A stretch of DNA of 64,000 nt from Candidatus Nomurabacteria bacterium (GCA_020632095.1 JACKGF010000001.1:733366-797365); one strand, 5' to 3'; shown: positions 37,844 to 47,960, numbered from the stretch's first letter. The notes: generated by a model not told the origin, from the letters alone. Translations and numbers: made by a program.

Positions 37844-38166
37844 TGAGTATGCAACAAATTGATAGTATTAATAACAAAATTACTAAACTTGATGTCCATT
37901 TTAGAAAAACGAACGAATCTTTTTCAGAAAAAGAAAGATTATTTTCAAGAGCTATTAAGCTCAATGAAGAAGTGGGTGAACTATGTGAAGCTGTTTTGTA
38001 TGAAAATGATAATAACCAGCGAAAAAAGGAGAAAGAAATTGACCTAGACTCAGAATTAGTCGATGTTATTATTTGTACACTATTACTAGCACATAATCGC
38101 AAAAAGGACGTTTGGATAGAAATAGATAAAAAACTTGATAAGCAACTAAATAGATTTAACTTATAG
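37843..38166 (+). CDS. MazG-like nucleotide pyrophosphohydrolase domain protein
   Basis: LNEEVGELCEAV (the EExGE motif) and a second acidic helix, DSELVDVIICTL. Confidence 0.55.
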   Translation: MSMQQIDSINNKITKLDVHFRKTNESFSEKERLFSRAIKLNEEVGELCEAVLYENDNNQRKKEKEIDLDSELVDVIICTLLLAHNRKKDVWIEIDKKLDKQLNRFNL

Positions 38167-38172
38167 AATAAT

Positions 38173-38712
38173 ATGTCTGGTCACAATAAATGGTCTAAAA
38201 TTAAACACAAGAAAGGAGCCACTGATGCGCAACGTAGCAAAATATTCTCAAAGCACTCAGCTTTGATTACCATGGAAGTTAAAAAAGCTGGTGGCTCTGT
38301 TGATTCAGCTGGAGTTTTAGCCGCCGTAGATAGAGCTAAGCGTGACTCAATGCCAAAAGAAAATATTGAACGTGCCTTAGCTAAAGGTAGTGGTAATGAC
38401 GGGTCTTCACTCGAAGAAGTGCTGTACGAGGGTTACGGCCCAGGTGGAGTGGCGCTTTTAATCGCCGCTGTAACTGACAACACTAACCGCACTACTCCAG
38501 AAATTCGTCACATCTTTTCTAGGTCAGGACTTGAGTTAGGCACACCCGGTTCAGCTGCTTGGGCTTTTACTAAGACAGCCGATGGATATACTCCCAACAC
38601 CCCGATGGAATTAGATGACGCCACTGGAGAAAAACTAGCTGAATTTATCGAAAAACTAGAAGATCAGGACGATGTAGTAAATGTCTACACCACTGCAGAC
38701 ACAGATGAATAA
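38173..38712 (+). CDS. yebC: YebC/PmpR-family probable transcriptional regulator (short form)
   Basis: MSGHNKWSKIKHKKGATDAQRSKIFSK...EVLYEGYGPGGVALLI...NTNRTTPEIRHIFS matches YebC almost motif-for-motif. Classic yebC-ruvC pairing. Confidence 0.8.
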   Translation: MSGHNKWSKIKHKKGATDAQRSKIFSKHSALITMEVKKAGGSVDSAGVLAAVDRAKRDSMPKENIERALAKGSGNDGSSLEEVLYEGYGPGGVALLIAAVTDNTNRTTPEIRHIFSRSGLELGTPGSAAWAFTKTADGYTPNTPMELDDATGEKLAEFIEKLEDQDDVVNVYTTADTDE

Positions 38713-38714
38713 TT

Positions 38715-39194
38715 ATGCGCGTAATTAGCGTTGACCCTGGTTATGACCGCATCGGTGTTGCTGTCTTAGAATTAGAAAACGGGTCCGAAAAACTCGTTCA
38801 TTCAGAATGTATTGAAACTGACCGCACCCAACCCTTGCCCGAACGTCTGCATTTTATTGGCGACAGCTTTACTGAACTCTTAAAACAACACAAACCTAAC
38901 ACACTCGCAATTGAAACGATCTTTTTCAATAAGAATATCAAAACTGTAATCGGTGTCGCTCAGGCCAGAGGAATGATTATTTACTTAGCCCAACTTCATA
39001 AATGCCAGGTTTATGAATTTGGCCCCCAAGAAATAAAGATTGCTGTGACTGGTTATGGTAAGAGCGATAAAAAAGCAGTGATTGATATGGTCACTAGATT
39101 AATCCCTGACACTCCACCTGATGCTCTTGACGACGAGTACGATGCGATTGCTGTTGGTATAACCTGTCTTGCACATTACGGCCGGACCAAGTAA
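38715..39194 (+). CDS. ruvC: Crossover junction endodeoxyribonuclease RuvC
   Basis: MRVISVDPGYDRIGVAVLE..., LAIETIFFNKNIKT, catalytic D/E context. Confidence 0.85.
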   Translation: MRVISVDPGYDRIGVAVLELENGSEKLVHSECIETDRTQPLPERLHFIGDSFTELLKQHKPNTLAIETIFFNKNIKTVIGVAQARGMIIYLAQLHKCQVYEFGPQEIKIAVTGYGKSDKKAVIDMVTRLIPDTPPDALDDEYDAIAVGITCLAHYGRTK

Positions 39195-39280
39195 AATCGT
39201 CGACTAATGCACTCTATAATATTGCATTTAAAACCCTATTTTGATACAAAATACATAACAGAATTATCGAATATTATTAT

Positions 39281-39562
39281 ATGACTTGCTTTAATATCAA
39301 TATGGATGAAATAGAAGATGAGGAATTGGAAGAAGGAGATGATGAGGAATCATCTTTAGATGATGATCTTCTAGAAGAGGTTACCGGAGCAGATGAGGAA
39401 GATGAGGAAGATGTTGAAGGTTTTGGATTACTTGATAGCAAGGATGATGATGACGATGAGGAAGATGACGATGAGGAAGATGATAAAGAAGGAGACGCTG
39501 AACTAGAAGAAGACGCTGAAGACGTAGACTACGACACCTTCGACGACATCGATGAAATGTAG
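39281..39562 (+). CDS. Extremely acidic (D/E-rich) small protein
   Basis: 93 aa, >60% Asp+Glu (DDDDDEEDDDEEDDKEGD...). Followed by a strong terminator. Confidence 0.35.
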   Translation: MTCFNINMDEIEDEELEEGDDEESSLDDDLLEEVTGADEEDEEDVEGFGLLDSKDDDDDEEDDDEEDDKEGDAELEEDAEDVDYDTFDDIDEM

Positions 39563-39572
39563 CCAAAAAATA

Positions 39573-39598
39573 AGCCCGCTTTGCGGGCTATATTTTTT
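39573..39598 (+). terminator. Rho-independent terminator
   Basis: agcccgc-ttt-gcgggct followed by atatttttt. Confidence 0.65.
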
Positions 39599-39605
39599 GA
39601 GCTCT

Positions 39606-39638
39606 CCGAAAAAGCCCCCTTTCCTAGGGGCTTTTTCG
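39606..39638 (-). terminator. Terminator of tyrS (palindrome, usable on both strands)
   Basis: ccgaaaaagcccc-tttcct-aggggctttttcgg. Confidence 0.65.
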
Positions 39639-39702
39639 GAGGCTTACCAACTAGTCTCTAATGTTTAACCAACTTCTACGCAGCGACAATAGAAAACTTT
39701 AC

Positions 39703-40962
39703 CTAGACCTTTCCTTGATATTCTACCTCAAGCACACACAACTGCTTCTTACCTCGTCTTAAAATCGCTATACCATTATGAAGATCGGCTTCTGTTACCA
39801 CAACATCAATCGACATAACTTTATTATCATTCACCGCGACCGCTCCACTTTCAATAAAAGTTCTAGCTTCGCGTTTACTGGTTGCTAAATTAGTTGCCAC
39901 TAAAACGTCAATCACTAAGTCTCCTCCCTTTACTTTAGTAGTTGGAGCATTTTCTAAAAGTACTTTCTTTCCTAATTCACTAATATTCACTACTGATTTA
40001 CCTCCAAACAAAATAGCTGACACTTCCTCAACTAATTTTGCAGACTCCTCCCCATGCACAAGCTCTGTCACAGCAAAAGCTAATTTCTTTTGTGCTAAAC
40101 GACTACCAGGATTAAGTTCAAACTCTTGTTTAATCTTCTGAATCTCTTCCAGTGAAATAAAAGTAAACAACTTTAAATAATCAATCACACCCTCATCACT
40201 CACGTTGAGCCAGAATTGATAGAACTGATAAGGAGAAGTTTTTTCGGCATCAAGCCACACCGCGTTACCTTCACTTTTACCAAATTTCTTACCGGTGGTT
40301 TTATCAATCACTAATGGTACCGTAAGAGCATGTACACTCTCTCCGGTCTTCCGCCGTATCAAATCCACTCCAGCCACTAGGTTTCCCCACTGATCAGAAC
40401 CTCCAACTTGTAAAGTAGCGTTTTTATCTGTAAAAAGTTTTAGATAATCGTAACCTTGTAAAAGAGGGTAAGCAAACTCTGTGTAAGATAACCCTGTATC
40501 GCTTTGTAGTCGAGTTGCAATTGCATCTTTTTTAATCAAGTCATTAACCGTAAAATGTTTGCCAATATCTCGTAAAAAATCAATTAGTTTCAATTCTCCT
40601 AACCAATCATAATTGTTCACAAACTCAACCTCTTGGCTAGTGATAAAATTCTGGGCTTGTTGTTTTATTTTGGCTACATTAGCTGCCACCAGATCCGGGG
40701 CTTTAAGCTCACGCTCTGAGTCTGGCTTTGGGTCACCAATCATACCCGTTCCGCCTCCCACCAAAAAGATGATTTTATGTCCATCATTAGCCAAATGTCG
40801 TAACAACAGCCAAATCACCATATTTCCAACGTGCGCTGAGTCGGCACTAGGGTCAATCCCTTGATAAATAGTCTTTTTTTCACCATTAAAGATCTCTTCT
40901 AAATTTGAAGCTGTAAATTGATGAATAAAACCTCGTTCGATTAGTTCGGATGAAAAATTCAT
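39703..40962 (-). CDS. tyrS: Tyrosyl-tRNA synthetase
   Basis: HIGH-region context (PSADSAHVGNM), KFGKS (KMSKS motif), C-terminal S4 domain. Confidence 0.9.
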   Translation of the reverse strand: MNFSSELIERGFIHQFTASNLEEIFNGEKKTIYQGIDPSADSAHVGNMVIWLLLRHLANDGHKIIFLVGGGTGMIGDPKPDSERELKAPDLVAANVAKIKQQAQNFITSQEVEFVNNYDWLGELKLIDFLRDIGKHFTVNDLIKKDAIATRLQSDTGLSYTEFAYPLLQGYDYLKLFTDKNATLQVGGSDQWGNLVAGVDLIRRKTGESVHALTVPLVIDKTTGKKFGKSEGNAVWLDAEKTSPYQFYQFWLNVSDEGVIDYLKLFTFISLEEIQKIKQEFELNPGSRLAQKKLAFAVTELVHGEESAKLVEEVSAILFGGKSVVNISELGKKVLLENAPTTKVKGGDLVIDVLVATNLATSKREARTFIESGAVAVNDNKVMSIDVVVTEADLHNGIAILRRGKKQLCVLEVEYQGKV

Positions 40963-41041
40963 AGTGAAATAACTGTATCACAGATTCGTAGTAACCCATC
41001 TAGACAACTCATGCTACTATTGGCAATATAAGAAGCAATAT

Positions 41042-43285
41042 ATGAAAATTCACTCATGGTTTAGGAAGAACTGGAAAGAAATCATTATTGATCTCTTAAT
41101 TTTTGGGTTTGCTGCTTCAATTATATTAGCTGCCTGCCTCTTGGTGTGGATTTCCACCTTAGAAATACCTGATTTATCTGCCTTTGAAGAAAGAAGGGTT
41201 CTCCAGTCTACTAAAATTTACGACCGAACGGGTGAGATTGTTTTATATGATTTAAATGAAGATGTTAAACGAACAGTGATTCCCTTTGAAGAAATGTCTC
41301 GTCACATCAAGAATGCGACTGTAGCTATCGAAGATGACCAATTTTATAACCATATGGGAATTCGGCCAGCCGCAATCCTTCGGTCAATGATTAATAATAT
41401 CCAAACTGGAAAAGGAGCGTTTGGTGGCGCTGGTGGTTCAACCATCACTCAACAAGTGATTAAGAACTCAGTTTTACAACGCGACAAGACTCTTAGTCGA
41501 AAAGTAAAAGAAGCAATTTTGTCTATCAAAATTGAACAAATCTTGAGCAAAGACCAAATTCTTGAAGTTTATTTAAACGAATCTCCTTACGGAGGAACTA
41601 TTTATGGAGTAGAAGAAGCATCGCAAGCTTTTTTTGGTAAATCAGCCAGCGAGTTAACCTTACCAGAAGCCGCTTATTTAGCAGCTATCCCCCAAGCTCC
41701 GACTCGGTTTTCTCCTTATGGAAACAACCGAGAAGAACTAGACAAACGCCAACAGCTCGTACTAGAAAGAATGCGTCTTAATGGTTTTATTACCATTGAA
41801 GAATATGAGGAGGCTAAGGGTGTAAAAGTTGAATTTCAACCCCAAGCCGTCACCGGTATCAGAGCTCCACATTTTGTCATGTATATTGTTGAACAATTAG
41901 CTGAAAAATATGGTGAGGAAGCCTTAGCTGAACAAGGATTAAAAGTTATTACTACCCTTGATTGGGAACTGCAAAAAGAAGCTGAGCGAATAGTGTTTGA
42001 AAAAGCCACTGCCAACACCGAAAAATTTAAAGCCTCTAACGCTGGATTGATAGCAACAGACCCTAAAACTGGTGACCTTTTAGTAATGGTCGGCTCTAAA
42101 GATTATTTTAGTGACACGATTGACGGTAACTTTAATATTACCTTAGCCTCCAGGCAACCAGGTTCATCAATCAAACCTTTTGTTTATGCTTCAGCTTTTA
42201 AAAAAGGGTATCTCCCGGCCACTGTTTTATTTGATGTAGCCACTCAATTTTCTCCCCAATGTGAACCTTGGAGCCGTAGCTCAGAATCACCTTGTTATGC
42301 ACCAAATAACTACAACGCGAAGTTTATTGGACCGATTAGCATGCGTAATGCTTTGGCTCAATCACTTAATATCCCAGCGGTTAAAACTCTTTATTTAGCA
42401 GGATTAAACGACACTCTTAAATTTGCCGCTGATATGGGTCTAACAACCTTAAACGACCCTGACCGTTATGGACTCACTCTAGTGCTTGGTGGCGGTGAAG
42501 TACGTTTAATTGATATGACCTATGCCTACGGAGTATTTGCAAACGGTGGCTTAAAAGCAGAACCGAGAAGTATCTTAAGAATTGAAGACAATCGTGGAAA
42601 TATTATTGAAGAATCAGAAGTTAAAACCAATCGTGTTCTTGATGAAAATGTTGCTTATATGATAAGTGATGTCTTATCAGACAATGTTGCTCGTACTCCC
42701 CTTTGGGGAGCCAATTCGATGATTAACTTCCCTAATCGTGATGTAGCAGCAAAATCTGGAAGTACCAACAATCTCCGCGACGCTTGGATAATGGGTTACA
42801 CCCCTAACCTAGCAGTTGGTACTTGGTCTGGAAACAATGATAACTCAGCGATGGGTGGCGGTTTATCTGGTCTAATCACTGCTCCTACTTGGAGGGCTTT
42901 TATGGACGTGGCTCTAGCAAAAATCCCTGAAGAATCATTTCCTCAACCACAGATAAATACTGATGGTATAAAACCAATTATTCGCGGAGAATATATTGAC
43001 ACGGCTTTACTTATCCAAGCAATGCAAAACCAAGCTAGTAGCACTCCAAAACTAAACATAGCTGACATTTATAATAATATTCACAGTATTCTTTATTATG
43101 TAAATAAAAATGATCCCCAAGGACCGTACCCAACTAACCCTGATAATGACCAACAGTATAAAAACTGGGAATATGGTGTACAAGAATGGAATAAAAAGAC
43201 TTTTGGATTATTACTAGATAGTCAAAACAACCAAACACCTTCTGAAGAAAATTCCTCAACTTCAAACAATAACGAAGATAATTAA
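41042..43285 (+). CDS. Class A penicillin-binding protein (transglycosylase/transpeptidase)
   Basis: GT51 motifs AIEDDQFYNHMGI and TITQQ; transpeptidase SGSSIKPF (SxxK), SxN, KSGS(T) context. Low-complexity N/S-rich C-terminal tail. Confidence 0.85.
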   Translation: MKIHSWFRKNWKEIIIDLLIFGFAASIILAACLLVWISTLEIPDLSAFEERRVLQSTKIYDRTGEIVLYDLNEDVKRTVIPFEEMSRHIKNATVAIEDDQFYNHMGIRPAAILRSMINNIQTGKGAFGGAGGSTITQQVIKNSVLQRDKTLSRKVKEAILSIKIEQILSKDQILEVYLNESPYGGTIYGVEEASQAFFGKSASELTLPEAAYLAAIPQAPTRFSPYGNNREELDKRQQLVLERMRLNGFITIEEYEEAKGVKVEFQPQAVTGIRAPHFVMYIVEQLAEKYGEEALAEQGLKVITTLDWELQKEAERIVFEKATANTEKFKASNAGLIATDPKTGDLLVMVGSKDYFSDTIDGNFNITLASRQPGSSIKPFVYASAFKKGYLPATVLFDVATQFSPQCEPWSRSSESPCYAPNNYNAKFIGPISMRNALAQSLNIPAVKTLYLAGLNDTLKFAADMGLTTLNDPDRYGLTLVLGGGEVRLIDMTYAYGVFANGGLKAEPRSILRIEDNRGNIIEESEVKTNRVLDENVAYMISDVLSDNVARTPLWGANSMINFPNRDVAAKSGSTNNLRDAWIMGYTPNLAVGTWSGNNDNSAMGGGLSGLITAPTWRAFMDVALAKIPEESFPQPQINTDGIKPIIRGEYIDTALLIQAMQNQASSTPKLNIADIYNNIHSILYYVNKNDPQGPYPTNPDNDQQYKNWEYGVQEWNKKTFGLLLDSQNNQTPSEENSSTSNNNEDN

Positions 43286-43578
43286 AAAATATTCTTTGGT
43301 GCTACATCAACTCCTAGTCTCTCGACTAGGAGTTTTAAGATGGAAGGATGATGAAATTTTAATTCTGACTTTAAAATACTTGGAACTTTTAAATACAGAG
43401 ATCTGGTACTAACAGTATATTCAATTTGATCAAATGATACATCGAAGCCAGTTATTTCTTTAATCACCAACACACACTCCTTCTCCACCGAAGCTTGAGG
43501 AGCTTTAAAATGTTTCTTATATCTTTCAAACAAATCCCCGATTTTTTTCATTGGTCGTGGAGTTGAGTAGTTTTCCAT
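43282..43578 (-). CDS. DUF721-like small protein downstream of dnaN
   Basis: 98 aa, basic. Conserved position after dnaA-dnaN. Weak resemblance to DUF721 (DciA-like). Confidence 0.35.
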   Translation of the reverse strand: MENYSTPRPMKKIGDLFERYKKHFKAPQASVEKECVLVIKEITGFDVSFDQIEYTVSTRSLYLKVPSILKSELKFHHPSILKLLVERLGVDVAPKNIF

Positions 43579-43580
43579 AA

Positions 43581-44675
43581 CTACTTATTCATTGGCATTA
43601 CTAAATACCGAAGACTTTTATCGGTTGAACCTTGCATAATTACAGCTCTTCCAATACCAGCAAAACTTAATACGACTGAATCATCATTAATATGAGACAA
43701 AGGATCCATTATGTATTGTTGATTAAAATTAAGAGTTAATTCCTCACCATCAACAGAAGCTTTTAAAGTATCAGTAGTATGTCCAACTTCATTATTTTGT
43801 GAAGAAATAGTCAGATTACTGTCAGTAACAGTTAATGATACCTGTCTGAACTTATTAAGAAAAATATTAGTCTTTTTGAATGACCTAAGTAAGTCATCTT
43901 TTAAAACGGTCACATGAGACACGAATTCCTTAGGAATTATTTGAGCGTAGTCAGGAAAATTACCAGTCACCAACCGTGAAGTAATGTACACTCCTCCCGG
44001 AAAGCGTAGAGCACACTGATTTTCATTAATAACTAAGATAGGATCTTCTCCGATAGAGTCACAAACCTTTGCTAACTCAACAGCGTTCTTTTGAGGTACC
44101 ATTATTGACTGCTCTAAAACTAAACCTTTTTGGGGAATAGTTTTTTCCATCAACCTGAAAGAGTCTGTTGCTACAAAAGTTAAAGAATGTTCTTTTTTTT
44201 GTTGAATAAATACACTCCCTAACTCTGGCTTAATAGAGGTCTGAGAAGCCGAAAATGCCACGCTCTTGATTCCATAAGCAAAAGTCGACCCTTTGATAGA
44301 CAGCTCTTCTCCTTGTAACTGGTGAAGGTTAGGAAACTCATCCACTGAGAAGGTTTTGATAGATGTGCTAGTTGAAACAGTTTCCAATTGAAGAACCTGA
44401 TCCTCTGTTCTAAGTGTCACATCTTTCTGTGAGATAAACTGAATACTTTGTAGAAAAATTTGAGTTGGTACAGCTACTACTCCATCTTCATTAATAACTC
44501 CTTCCACCGGAATCTCAATACTGATTTCTAGGTTGGTTGCTTGAAAAGTAACCTTACCTTCTTTGGCTTCTAACCGAACACATTGAAGAACTGGCAAGGT
44601 CACATGCTTGGTACTTATTCGACTAACAAGCTCTAACGCTTTGACTAGTTGGTTGTGTGGAATAGTTATCTCCAT
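43581..44675 (-). CDS. dnaN: DNA polymerase III beta sliding clamp
   Basis: 364 aa. MEITIPHNQLVKALELVSRI..., three-domain repeat, C-terminal LRYLVMPM. Confidence 0.9.
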   Translation of the reverse strand: MEITIPHNQLVKALELVSRISTKHVTLPVLQCVRLEAKEGKVTFQATNLEISIEIPVEGVINEDGVVAVPTQIFLQSIQFISQKDVTLRTEDQVLQLETVSTSTSIKTFSVDEFPNLHQLQGEELSIKGSTFAYGIKSVAFSASQTSIKPELGSVFIQQKKEHSLTFVATDSFRLMEKTIPQKGLVLEQSIMVPQKNAVELAKVCDSIGEDPILVINENQCALRFPGGVYITSRLVTGNFPDYAQIIPKEFVSHVTVLKDDLLRSFKKTNIFLNKFRQVSLTVTDSNLTISSQNNEVGHTTDTLKASVDGEELTLNFNQQYIMDPLSHINDDSVVLSFAGIGRAVIMQGSTDKSLRYLVMPMNK

Positions 44676-45029
44676 ATATTTTTAATTAATCTATTTTACT
44701 CTCTATTATTAGGGGTGTGGAAGTGTGCAAAAGTTGAAAGTATGGTGTGTTTTAAAGTCCTCTCACCCAGGGTCTGATGTAAATAACTGGGGGTTGGTTT
44801 GGGGTAGTTGAGGATAGAGCTGGGGATAGGATTTTTGATAATATTAATTTGTTGATAAGTCATCGTGAGAAGGTTGGTTTTGGACAGCTTATCCTAAGTT
44901 GTATACAAAATTACTAACAAGGTTTTGGTTACTAATCCACAAACTATACATAGAATATGTGGATACATCATAACAAAAATCTTGGTAAAAAACTTCCGTC
45001 TAGACGGAAGTTTTTTACCAAGATTTTTG
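44676..45029. promoter_or_regulatory. oriC segment between dnaA and dnaN: DnaA boxes, G-tract region and a 54-bp perfect palindrome
   Basis: DnaA-box-like 9-mers TTATCCTAA (44889-44897), TAATCCACA (44933-44941), TGTGGATAC (44958-44966). Palindrome aaaaatcttggtaaaaaacttccgtc-ta-gacggaagttttttaccaagattttt (44975-45028) abuts the dnaA stop. Confidence 0.6.
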
Positions 45030-46460
45030 TTATTTAAGGAGTAGTCTAACTTGAGTAATCTCTTCTTCCAGTTCTCCATTATGTTTCAACTCCCCTTTTA
45101 TCTTCTCGCAGGAGTGAATAACGGTAGTGTGGTCGCGACCACCAAGTTTTTTACCGATAGCTGGATATGAAACTTGAAAATCTTCCCTAAGAATATACAT
45201 GATAATTTGTCGTGGTTTTACTACTTCCTTACGGCGAGTCTTTTCGTATATGCTGGCTTGGTCAATATCGTAATAACGAGCCACTTTTTCTACCACATCG
45301 GTAATAGCGAGAGTTTTTCTTGGGCGAGAACTATTTTTGATAATTGTTCTAACTTCTTCAATTGAAAGGGTGCGACCAAGGAGTTGTGATTGACACATAA
45401 TGGTGTTAAGGGCACCTTCTAGTTCGCGTACATTACCTTCAATACTCTCAGCTAAGTGATCGACTACGTCATCACTAAGGACAATGCTGTTCTGAGCTGA
45501 TTTTGCACGTAGGATAGCTGCTCTAGACTCAAGGTCGGGAGCAGGTAGGTCAACAATCATCCCTTGGGCAAAACGAGACTGAAGTCTTTCTTCCATTCCG
45601 TTTAGTAAAGCGGGATGTTGATCACTAGAGAAAACAATTTGTTTGTTGTTGTCGTGGAGAGCATTAAAGAGGTGAAACAGTTCTTCCTGCGTCTTTTCTT
45701 TGGTAGCTAAGAATTGAATGTCATCCATGATCAATACATCATATTGACGATACTTATCTTTAAAGTTGTTGGCTGTACCACTTTGGAGAGCATTAAAGTA
45801 ATCGACGGCAAATCGTTCGCTGGTAACATAGAAAACTTTCTTACCAATCTTCTTGATATGGTTCCCTACCGCTTGGATAAGATGGGTTTTACCGTGACCA
45901 GTTTTTCCATAAATAAATAATGGGTTATAAGTGATACCTGGTTTTTCACTCACTGTTTTAGCAGCAGCGTGAGCTAAGGCGTTGTATGGTCCAACCACAA
46001 AAGTGTCGAAAGAATATTTTGGGTTAAGGTTATCACTCTTGTTTATATAATAGTCTTCTAGGGGTAGAGCTGCGTTAACAGTTTGGTTTTTAGTTGACTC
46101 TTGTTTTTTATCGTTTCTTTGGGCAACCGTATATTCAACACTTCTGACATGAGGAGTAAGGTCACGAAGAGTTTTAAGGATCATGGTTTGAAACTTATCT
46201 TGTAGCCAGTCTTTAACAAACACACTTGGTACTCCAATAGTGGCAGTACCGTCTTCTAGGGCAACGATATGAGTATCTCTAAACCAAGTTTTGAAGTTGG
46301 CTGTAGTAATAGAAAGTTCTATTTTCACTAACGCATCATCCCAAAGTTGTTTTACATCGACTTGTTCAGTATGAACAATACTGTTGTGTGAGGATTGATG
46401 AGTGTGAGTTATAGAAGAATTCATAAAGTTAGATAGATTCGCCCCAAAATCTTGTAGCAA
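45030..46460 (-). CDS. dnaA: Chromosomal replication initiator DnaA
   Basis: Walker A GKTGHGKTHL, Walker B VLIMDDIQF, sensor and box VII motifs, C-terminal DnaA-box-binding HTH (GGRDHTTVIH). The true start may be an internal Met. Confidence 0.9.
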   Translation of the reverse strand: MLQDFGANLSNFMNSSITHTHQSSHNSIVHTEQVDVKQLWDDALVKIELSITTANFKTWFRDTHIVALEDGTATIGVPSVFVKDWLQDKFQTMILKTLRDLTPHVRSVEYTVAQRNDKKQESTKNQTVNAALPLEDYYINKSDNLNPKYSFDTFVVGPYNALAHAAAKTVSEKPGITYNPLFIYGKTGHGKTHLIQAVGNHIKKIGKKVFYVTSERFAVDYFNALQSGTANNFKDKYRQYDVLIMDDIQFLATKEKTQEELFHLFNALHDNNKQIVFSSDQHPALLNGMEERLQSRFAQGMIVDLPAPDLESRAAILRAKSAQNSIVLSDDVVDHLAESIEGNVRELEGALNTIMCQSQLLGRTLSIEEVRTIIKNSSRPRKTLAITDVVEKVARYYDIDQASIYEKTRRKEVVKPRQIIMYILREDFQVSYPAIGKKLGGRDHTTVIHSCEKIKGELKHNGELEEEITQVRLLLK

Positions 46461-46622
46461 TTTGCATTATACTCGTGCTAGAAAAACTGTAAATATTTTC
46501 CCTCTAAATTTGGAATATTGAAACACTTTTTGGAAATAAAAAAATGCAACTGTGAACAAACTGTGGATAACTTTAAGGCTGCTTTTAAAACATCACTTGC
46601 CTATTGAAATATTTATTTATTC
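46461..46622. promoter_or_regulatory. oriC / dnaA promoter region with a perfect DnaA box
   Basis: TGTGGATAA at 46563-46571, plus the partial box tgtgaacaa just upstream. AT-rich. Confidence 0.55.
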
Positions 46623-46658
46623 ATGTATAGTTCTGACTGTAATAAATCTATAACTATT

Positions 46659-46808
46659 ATGCCAAAACGAACATATCAACCAAGTAAGCGAAAACGCGCA
46701 ACTACACACGGTTTTTTGGTGCGTTCTGCCACTGCTTCTGGACGAAAAATCGTTCAAGCTAGACGGCGAAAAGGTCGCGCTCAACTAACTGTAAAAAAAG
46801 CTCAATAG
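46659..46808 (+). CDS. rpmH: 50S ribosomal protein L34
   Basis: [22 protein letters not shown]...RRRKGR is canonical L34. Start at the ATG at 46659. Confidence 0.9.
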   Translation: MPKRTYQPSKRKRATTHGFLVRSATASGRKIVQARRRKGRAQLTVKKAQ

Positions 46809-46829
46809 AGCTTTTTTTGTTGTATAGTA

Positions 46830-47168
46830 TTGATTATGTTTAAAAAGGCAGAAAGGTTAACTAAAAAACAGTTTGATAACTTTTTTAAAACCGGAAAACG
46901 TTTCCAGTTTCAGCACCTAACTATCATTTATTCTCAACACCCTTCCTTACACGCTTCAGTGGTGGTTGGTAAGAAGGTTTCTAAACAAGCGGTACGTAGA
47001 AATGCTTTAAGACGGCGAATTTACGCTCGTTTGCGCAGTGAAGTTAAAGCTAAAGATTCCATAGGAGTTTTTATTGTCATAGTAAAACCCACCTATAACG
47101 CTATTGGTCGAGTAGCAGCAGATGAGTTTCTGACAGCGTCAATTGCCGAGACTATAAAAAATACGTAG
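46830..47168 (+). CDS. rnpA: RNase P protein component
   Basis: RLTKKQFDNFFKTGKRF...VVVGKKVSKQAVRRNALRRRIYARLR (RNR motif). Confidence 0.85.
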   Translation: MIMFKKAERLTKKQFDNFFKTGKRFQFQHLTIIYSQHPSLHASVVVGKKVSKQAVRRNALRRRIYARLRSEVKAKDSIGVFIVIVKPTYNAIGRVAADEFLTASIAETIKNT

Positions 47169-47180
47169 AATACACCCACT

Positions 47181-47906
47181 ATGAATTATATTTGGCACAC
47201 GTTCTTTTTTGACCCAATTTACAACGCGCTAGTTTTTTTTATTGATGTTATCCCAGGTGGTGATGTGGGACTAGCTATTATCGCTACTGTCTTAGTGGTA
47301 AAAACCATTCTCTTGCCAGTTTCTATTAAAGCCGCTAAAACTCAGCGAATAATGAAGGAGCTTGAGCCTAAACTAAAAGAGATTAAAGAAAAACATAAAG
47401 ATGATAAGCAGGTGCAAGCTCAAGCGATGATGCAAACTTACAAAGATGCGGGAATGAATCCTTTTGCCAGTATTTTCTTAATTTTTCTTCAGCTCCCAAT
47501 TATTATTGCTCTATACTACTCAGTCTCAAGAGGAGGAGGAATTCCTTTACCAGAAATAAATACGGACTTACTTTATTTTTTTGTAGAAACTCCAGTTAGG
47601 GTAACAATGGACTTTTTGGGAATGATTGATATTACAGGTAAGAGTGTCTTATTGGCGCTTGGTGCGGGTGTGACGCAGTTTATCTACATTAACCTGTCGA
47701 TGCCCAAGTTACCACCTAAAGAAGAAGGGGCGGAGCCAAGTATTAAAGATGACTTCATGCGCAATATGCAAACTCAAATGCGCTACGTAATGCCGGTTTT
47801 AATCACCTTCGTCGCCTACTCTATCTCCGCCGCTATCGCTCTCTATTTCCTTGTTAGTAACTTAACCATGATTGCACAAGAGTTTTATGTAAAGAAACAC
47901 CGGTAG
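47181..47906 (+). CDS. yidC: Membrane protein insertase YidC (short Oxa1-like form)
   Basis: Conserved TM1/TM2 with ILLPVSIKAAKTQRIMKELEPKLKEIKEKHKDDKQ...MMQTYKDAGMNPF...LQLPIIIALY. Confidence 0.85.
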   Translation: MNYIWHTFFFDPIYNALVFFIDVIPGGDVGLAIIATVLVVKTILLPVSIKAAKTQRIMKELEPKLKEIKEKHKDDKQVQAQAMMQTYKDAGMNPFASIFLIFLQLPIIIALYYSVSRGGGIPLPEINTDLLYFFVETPVRVTMDFLGMIDITGKSVLLALGAGVTQFIYINLSMPKLPPKEEGAEPSIKDDFMRNMQTQMRYVMPVLITFVAYSISAAIALYFLVSNLTMIAQEFYVKKHR

Positions 47907-47927
47907 TTTTTTATGGGCTTAAATAAA

Positions 47928-47960
47928 ATACCAACACTAGGATAAGTGTTGGTATTTTTA
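47928..47960. terminator. Bidirectional terminator between yidC and the secretion-cluster genes
   Basis: ataccaacact-aggataa-gtgttggtat followed by tttt. Confidence 0.6.

Noticed and set aside
44894-45079. 61-aa ORF across the dnaA 3' end and oriC palindrome
   Set aside because: It lies antisense and overlaps the dnaA stop and the 54-bp palindrome. It is a reading-frame artefact of A/T-rich origin DNA.
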